Shown here: piece after piece, positions 57,574 through 64,000 of the stretch
Position numbering within the stretch: the stretch's first letter is position 1
How the letters are laid out: every line of letters begins with the position of its first letter
From: Amoebophrya sp. A120
Lineage: Eukaryota > Protista > Dinoflagellata
Length of the DNA: 64,000 nucleotides
Assembly (NCBI GenBank): GCA_905178155.1
Contig: CAJINV010000003.1
Coordinates: forward strand, 816,517 to 880,516
Reading direction: 5' to 3'
The notes under the pieces: generated by a model
Seen by the model: only the letters and a program-made list of their open reading frames with translations
What the model was told of the DNA's origin: nothing
The model's database searches: none
Position numbers and translations under genes: made by a program

Positions 57574-59819
57574 ATGGGGAACCATCCTTGCTGCTGCCAA
57601 ACCGTCGCGAACGATCGCATCGCGGTCATGGCAAGATGCGGAAAATTTGACAAGCTGGCGTACACGAAATACCTATACCTTTTGTTATTCTTTCACCGCT
57701 TACTTTGGCATCAGTTTTGAAAAGTTTGATGAGTTGTTCTGTGCCATAGCCATTGGCAAGATCTTCGACATAATCCATTTCCAGCACATCATTTAAGACG
57801 TAAACAAAACCACGCCACCAGGCATCCGGGTTTGTTGCTCGTCCCCTGCCCGTGTATCTGTGTGCGGATCGGGGAAGTGAGTACGCGGCTGCAGGAGACC
57901 ATCGTGCGGTGTGAGACCAAAACGAAGGACAACGTTTTCGTGAACATGGAAGTGTCCATCCAGTACGAAATTCTCCGCGACAAGGTGTACGACGCCTTCT
58001 ACCGGCTGTCGGAGCCCCACGTGCAGATCAGTTCCTACGTCTTTGACGTGGTGCGGGCGGCCGTGCCCTTGCTTCTCATCGACGACGTTTTCGAGCAAAA
58101 GGAAGAAATCGCAAACCAGATCAAAGGCAGGCTCAGTGTGGTACTTACTTTCTTTTCAACACGGTTTCTATCAGGACAAGGACACTTCATGTTTTCTTGG
58201 CATTTTAATGCTTCGTGTTGTATGTCTATGACTATGTCGCCTGATATATTCGTTTTCGTTTCCTGTATGGCTATGGTAGAAGAAGGAGTGGATGACCCCG
58301 GTTATTCTGGTAGTTGTGGCACCTTCTTTCTCTCATGCTGCGAGGTCGACTTCGGAGTCACAGTCAACAGAGAGACAAACCTTAACCTGGGCAGCAAAGT
58401 AATACAGGTCATGAGCAGTTTCGGATTCAACATAGTGCAAGCCCTGGTTACCGACATCTCGCCTAACTTGAAAGTCAAGGATATGGCGTTCTCAAATGTT
58501 ACATTCTCAACTGTTACACGATTTGTCATGCAAAATGACCATGATCCGCAAGACGATCAAGCTGCTTCGCATGACAAATCATCGAATGGCTAAACAGCAT
58601 CTAAATCTGTGCCAAATTTGTGATGCAAGACAGACTTGCAAGCTTTCCCCTTTCCCTATCCCTATTGCTGTTTTTGCATGACAAATCCATGTAACTACAG
58701 TTGAGAATGTAACAGTTGAGAACGCCATAAAGGACGCCATGAATGAGATCAACGCCGCCTTCCGCTCAAAGCAGGCAGCAAAAGAAAAAGCAGAAGCCGA
58801 CAAAATCGTCTTGGTATAGTAATTTACTTCAAATTTTCGCAACAAGAAATCGTACATGCACTGCTAAACTTTCGATGGTTCCCCCGGAGTTGTGTTTTCT
58901 TTGTGTCGATGAAGTTTGTTTCTGTCTCTGTACCCTGTAGTGGGTCCCTTGTGCCATGGAGCGATAAATCGACCCGTGAAGATGATCATTCACGAAAGGC
59001 AGCAACTAAGCGCAAGTGCCGAATTTCAATTTTTATTTTCTTTGTGTCAGGTGAAACAAGCGGAAGCTGATGCCGAGAGCAAGTACCTGCAGGGCACGGG
59101 TATCGCAAAGCAAAGGAAAGCAATCGTGGACGGGCTCCGTGACTCGGTCGACTCCTTCACGACGACGGTGGGGGGGATGGCCGCCAAAGACGTCTTGGAG
59201 CTTGTGCTTGTCACACAGTATTTCCTTCTGTTTACTTCGTCAGCAGGCGCCCAGTTTGTGATGCTATTTCTCCTTTATCGCTCTGCTGAACAAGAAGCGA
59301 GCCAGATCGTGAAGAACAGTCAGAACTCATAGTACTTCTCAGTAAAACAAAAAATGCTACATTCATCAATCGCGACACGGCATCTTCAGGTACTTCGATA
59401 CCATGAAGGACATTGGATGTAGCTCACAATCCAAAACCATCTGTAAGAAAAGAATCACATCGCGTCTTTCCCCTCCGTTCGGTAAAATGTCGACTCGAGA
59501 AGTTTGCAATCACTTATAGTTTATCGTCTGCTCGTCTTTTGCTGGTGCATATGATATGACTGCTTTTGCATTCTGCACGGAGAAAACACGAACTTGAGAA
59601 GGAAAAATAAAGAACCTTCGAATAGATAAGGTGAAATCTAAATCAAATAAAATGGAGGACAGTACTACTACTAATTAGCAGTAGTGTGCGTTAGCCGTTA
59701 TGGGAGGACTGACAGATCTTCCTGCCATACTGATCGTGCCGAACAACCCCGGGGCCATTACAGACATCACGGAGGAGATAAGGACTGGATTCATGCAAGG
59801 ACAGGCCGGGAACGTGTAG
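57574..59819 (+). CDS. HIR: SPFH/band-7 hypersensitive-induced-response-like protein
   Basis: MGNHPCCCQTV...CETKTKDNVFV...YVFDVVRAAVP...VKDAMNEINAA...AEADAESKYLQGTGIAKQRKAIVDGLRDSV...VTQYFDTMKDIG...NPGAITDITEEIRTGFMQG; GT-AG introns plus one introner. Confidence 0.92.
58482..58729. mobile_element. Introner family B, opposite orientation to 3633-3869
   Basis: DR aagga; LKVKD|AMNEINAA in the conserved HIR motif. Confidence 0.95.
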
Positions 59820-61911
59820 AGTCTGTAGTGTTCTACTCCAGGTGCACTAGTGCTGAGGGTCGTGATCGTGAAGCTCATGCTCAAGCACCATGCCATCTCC
59901 TGCATCGCTTGTTCCTGCAAGACTCGTCACGAAGGCACGCAGCGAAGGGGATGCCGCCGCAGAGGGGATCGAGCACTGGAGGTTTTTTGAAGAAGCTGCA
60001 TCAAGAGCACTACAATCGCAGAGCCAGGGCTTCGCTATCAAAAATCTTGATGCTTGCGGGCAGAAGACCGATCTTCTTCGTGCCACCTTGTCCTCTGTGC
60101 GGCTACTACACCCTCATTTTTTACGTCACGGTTTTTCTTGAAACAGAAAACGAGTAGAATGGTGCGAAAAATGGTACCATGGGTAGCCAAGAGAGAGCTG
60201 AATGTGCACCAACCGAAAAGCACGAGAAAGCATGCTGCTTTCACCAAATCGAGTGTTCCTTGACAAAAAGTAAAGCTCGAGGTCTTGTGCAATCTAATAC
60301 TGATCCGTTGCACGACAGGGAGCGCCAGCCGTCCTGCACTTGTTCTGCTGCAGCAACCTCCAAAAGTGCACTTAAATTTAAGTACTTCTTGTTCTCGATT
60401 TCCAAAACGCACGCGTGTTAGAAGCGTGTCGCAAACCGTGTCAGAAAACTGATCTAAGCGCATTGTATCAAGAACCGCACGAATGGCAGTGATGATGATT
60501 TTTATTTTCGCCGCCGAGTTCACAAAAGAGAAATAGGATAGGGCCACTGGAAATCTCAATCTTTGTTTTATATCCGCGTCTGCTTCCAGCGACGATCCTG
60601 ATACGACGACAAACGGGCTTTCGTACCGAAGAAAAACTCATGATCTACTTCCTCTTTGCGATGCATCATTTTTGAGACGCTCTATCAATCGAGGTTCCTC
60701 CCGTACTAGAAGAACTACCCCGGGCTCGGAGGTGGAAAGCACAACATCTTGATCTCGTCTAGATCAAGAGAAGTACGATCCGAGAGGACGTCGTCACCAG
60801 CTCAAGCGGCAAAGGTCGTGAAGGTCTGACGACATGGAGCTTCAGAATGTCATGGGGATTCATGCGTCCCATAGATATGGTCCGCTGCCGACAGCAATTT
60901 TTCCTTTGATACTTTTTTTTTGTTGTGCTGATATAGTACCGATCTACATCTACTTGTTTCCCGCGACTACACAAGAAATGCGTCGCATTCATGTGCATGT
61001 GCCAGAAGATCGCGATTGCCATTGCCTCAAAAACAACAATTTCCAGCGACGACCTTTAGACCTAACATAGAAGAGAGAAATTAAGAAATAAATTGAGACT
61101 TCTTGTGAACGTGTAAGTTGTATTTCAGCAAGCTGGCTTTTTCCATTCACATAAGTACTTACACAAAGAGGGAGGTAAACAGGAACTCACTCGATTTTTC
61201 ATTAGCGTGCGACTCATTAATCATTTCAAAGTCTGAGTATATGATAAAGTTTTTTATGGAATCAATAGAGATATGATCCCCGTCAATGTCGTGAAGTAGC
61301 CTTCACAACATTTCTTTTTTCCTAGCGACAACAATGGATATGTGGAGCTCGCGCATCCGATTATATGTTCTTCTATTAGTGAGTGGTGCCTAGTGCATCT
61401 CAAGTCTGTGTACAGCACGCCAAGCATTTAGTTTCGAAGAAAAGATTTTTTGAAAATGATGCTTTTGAGCACTACCAACGCAACTTCGTGCTATCGCAAA
61501 TAGCAAGAGACAAGCTGCAACTGGATCTGGAACTACCTAATATAAGTAATCCATAGTTCCATTTGATTTTTTTTTTCGCGACTTGAATTTTCACTGCACT
61601 TTTACCGTTACCTAGTATAAATTTCGTTCTTATTCCCACAAAAAAAAACAAACAAACAGATTTAATGTTACGATTTTACTTTTAGCTAAACTTATCCGTA
61701 TTAATATTGTATCTATCGACAAGGACAAATCACTTCTTCTCGTTTCATAAAACAAACTTAAGCTTTTGCTTGAGAATACTTAACAGCATTTCGCGCAATT
61801 ACAATGGCACGAATTTTTGTGGCCTCATATTTGTAACCCTGAAGAGAGCACGCTTCCGGCTTTAAATCGCACACTGCTGCGAGCAAGAACGGAATTGCAG
61901 ATACTTTGAAA

Positions 61912-64000
61912 ATGTCCCGAAATCAGGCACCTACCGCTCCGCACTCCAAGACGGGGCACCATTTGCTGGGGAATTTTCCGTTGGACTTCTTGCAAGGGCG
62001 GTGGTTCAATGATTACAGCCACCTGATAACCGTGACGGAGAGCAAAGTTTGGACCGATGGCAACACCAGCGCTTCAGACCTGCGGTTTCGAAAAAATGAC
62101 GGGGTGTGGCAATGGGGAGACTGGGAGTTGTTCAACGTAAGTCCCCGGCCCCCGAGAAGCCTACACGATGCCATCCGCAAAAAAGCGATGGACCGCGCCG
62201 GTACAGCGGCGGACGCCATGCGCAAAAACTACTATGCGGCAAATAGTAACGCGGCTTTCGGAAAGAACGGCAACGGATCCAAGAACCAGGCTTTATCGTC
62301 CGGTGCCGCCACACCGAAGCGGAAGATGAAGGTCATGTGGCATGTGCCCCCACCGTCGAATCCCCGGAGCAGTCGAATGGAGCTTTCGCCGGGCGGACAG
62401 ACCCAGATAAAAGATAAGGAGAAGACCAAGCCCGAAAAGTATCTGATTGACGTGGACGTCCCGAAGGCAGAGGCGGAGCGGCTGATGGACGAAGGGGGGC
62501 ACAGCGAGAAGTGTCTGAAAGCCCAGCTGGTGGACGACAACCCCGCACTCAAGAGAGACATCCAAATCGTGAGGCGAGATAACCCGGACACCAGCTTCAG
62601 CGACGAGGAGGATGAGGAGGCGTCGGACGACGCTGATGCGGAGCCACTGATCATCGGACCGGTACTCGCAGACTTCACACAGCTGATGGACGCCAAGTCG
62701 GCCTGGCGACTCTCCCTGTACCGACCAGTGACGATCCTGTGGATGAAAAGCGGCCAGCCGGACAAGATTGTTCGTTGGTCGAGCGCGGTGCCGAACGTGG
62801 CGACGCCACTGGTCCTGGAGGGGGGTCCCTTCAAGAAGTGGCGCCAGATCCTCCACGAGGAGCGGGAGTACCACGGGAAAAAAGTGAAGGCGGAATTGGT
62901 GACCAGCCAATACGCCGACCCTGCAGCGCGCATGCGCGCTATCGAACGGGCCGAAGCGGAAAAGCGCCGCCAGGCGCAACTACGAGAAAAGGCAAAGGCG
63001 GACGCCAAACTGCGCCTCAAGCCCGAGTTCAAAGTCCGCGAGTCCCGTCCGCGCAAGGCCAAGCTCACCTCCTACGAGAACATGATGCTTGCGGCCGAGC
63101 TCTCCGGGGGCGACACCGCTTTTGTGCACGACCATTTTGGGCGCGGAAGTGGCGGCGTCAGTGGAGGTGGTGGTGCAACATCTAGTACGGCGAGCGCTGG
63201 GCGGGTACTACCTGGTGGAACATCCGCATCTAGGACCACGTTCCCGTGGCGAACCAAAGCTCCCCCAAACTTTCAATGGAGAGTACCGGAGAACCCCTTT
63301 CTGCAGAGCTTCACCTGCAGCGACCCGTGCCAGTCGTTCTGGGAGCGCGAGCAGCGCAAGCTGATGAAGTGCAAGTACGAGCAAATCGAGCACTTTGCTG
63401 CGCAGCGGAAGGGCAGCCGCCACTCTCCCGACTTCCGACGGGCGTTGCAGCAGGCACAGCAGCGGTTTTTGAAAGAAAAGGTTAAGTTTCGGTCGGAAGA
63501 GGAATTCTACCAGGCGCTCCGGCAAGAAGAGCAAAGAGACTTCCGCATGTTTGCCGAAGAGTACAAGGTTCAGGTTGCAGCTGCCCCGGGAGGATTTTCA
63601 TCTACAAGAACAGCTGCAGCCCCCTCGAGTAGCAGTGCTGTTAAGAACAAGAATAAAAACTCCGGCAAGATGGATCAGAAGAGCGCGAAACCCCCGCCTA
63701 CTGCAGCCACGGGGGCACGGGGAACAAAAAAACGAAATAGATCCGACTCATCCGCCTCATCGGATGAAGAAGACAGCGATGCTGAAGATTCTTCGGCAGC
63801 TATTGTTGCAAGTTCGTCTTGCTCATCGAGCGATGAGGAATATTCGGACCGTCGCGCACGCGGCCGCAAGAACGGAAACAAGAGGCGCAAAATGTCTGCC
63901 ACGAGCGGTCACAACAAGAAGGGACCCAAAGCCAAAACTGTTGTTGTTCAAGCGAAGGGCCAGAAGAAGTCTACGGCGAAGTCAAAAGCGAATCCAAATC
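61912..64000 (+). CDS. Hypothetical protein, 3' partial, with basic/acidic low-complexity region
   Basis: Uninterrupted frame from ATG 61912 (MSRNQAPT...LQGRWFNDYSH...) to the window end; absent from the ORF track because it has no stop. Confidence 0.7.
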   Translation, partial: MSRNQAPTAPHSKTGHHLLGNFPLDFLQGRWFNDYSHLITVTESKVWTDGNTSASDLRFRKNDGVWQWGDWELFNVSPRPPRSLHDAIRKKAMDRAGTAADAMRKNYYAANSNAAFGKNGNGSKNQALSSGAATPKRKMKVMWHVPPPSNPRSSRMELSPGGQTQIKDKEKTKPEKYLIDVDVPKAEAERLMDEGGHSEKCLKAQLVDDNPALKRDIQIVRRDNPDTSFSDEEDEEASDDADAEPLIIGPVLADFTQLMDAKSAWRLSLYRPVTILWMKSGQPDKIVRWSSAVPNVATPLVLEGGPFKKWRQILHEEREYHGKKVKAELVTSQYADPAARMRAIERAEAEKRRQAQLREKAKADAKLRLKPEFKVRESRPRKAKLTSYENMMLAAELSGGDTAFVHDHFGRGSGGVSGGGGATSSTASAGRVLPGGTSASRTTFPWRTKAPPNFQWRVPENPFLQSFTCSDPCQSFWEREQRKLMKCKYEQIEHFAAQRKGSRHSPDFRRALQQAQQRFLKEKVKFRSEEEFYQALRQEEQRDFRMFAEEYKVQVAAAPGGFSSTRTAAAPSSSSAVKNKNKNSGKMDQKSAKPPPTAATGARGTKKRNRSDSSASSDEEDSDAEDSSAAIVASSSCSSSDEEYSDRRARGRKNGNKRRKMSATSGHNKKGPKAKTVVVQAKGQKKSTAKSKANPN

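Noticed and set aside
57744-57760. ccatagccattggcaag, resembling a dinoflagellate spliced-leader relic
   Set aside because: Short gapped match located inside an intron; plausibly chance.
62232-63068. Minus-strand ORFs of 278 and 228 aa
   Set aside because: Antisense to the open plus-strand frame 61912->64000.
1-64000. Intact transposase, reverse transcriptase, rRNA or tRNA genes
   Set aside because: No DDE, YxDD, tyrosine-recombinase, cloverleaf or rRNA signatures were recognised by eye; a sensitive search could still find degenerate ones.

Overview
Eukaryotic protist DNA, most likely a syndinian (Amoebophrya-like) parasitic dinoflagellate; this attribution is inferred from gene style and intron type. 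Ten genes lie on the + strand: an FKBP/TPR-like protein (5' partial), SPEF2/CPC1, a RelE-like/UvrD-helicase/SH3-like protein with a signal-peptide-like N-terminus, a very large coiled-coil protein with an acidic tail, an ERICH3-N-like ciliary protein, an orphan secreted protein, HscB, a LicD-family protein, an HIR-like SPFH protein and a 3' partial unknown ORF. The dominant feature is 56 hand-mapped transposon-like introns (introners), all inside coding exons. Most have terminal inverted repeats (TIRs) starting TAT and ending ATA, a 5-bp direct repeat (DR) of exon sequence and a shared internal TTGTNATGC motif. Removing an element plus one DR copy restores the reading frame, generally without GT-AG and in either orientation. 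Exceptions: a CCGACA-ended element with a 7-bp DR, two ~1.15-kb inserts with long duplications, a nested MITE, and an element converted to a GT-AG intron. Coordinates were read by eye and may be off by 1-2 nt; family letters are my own labels.
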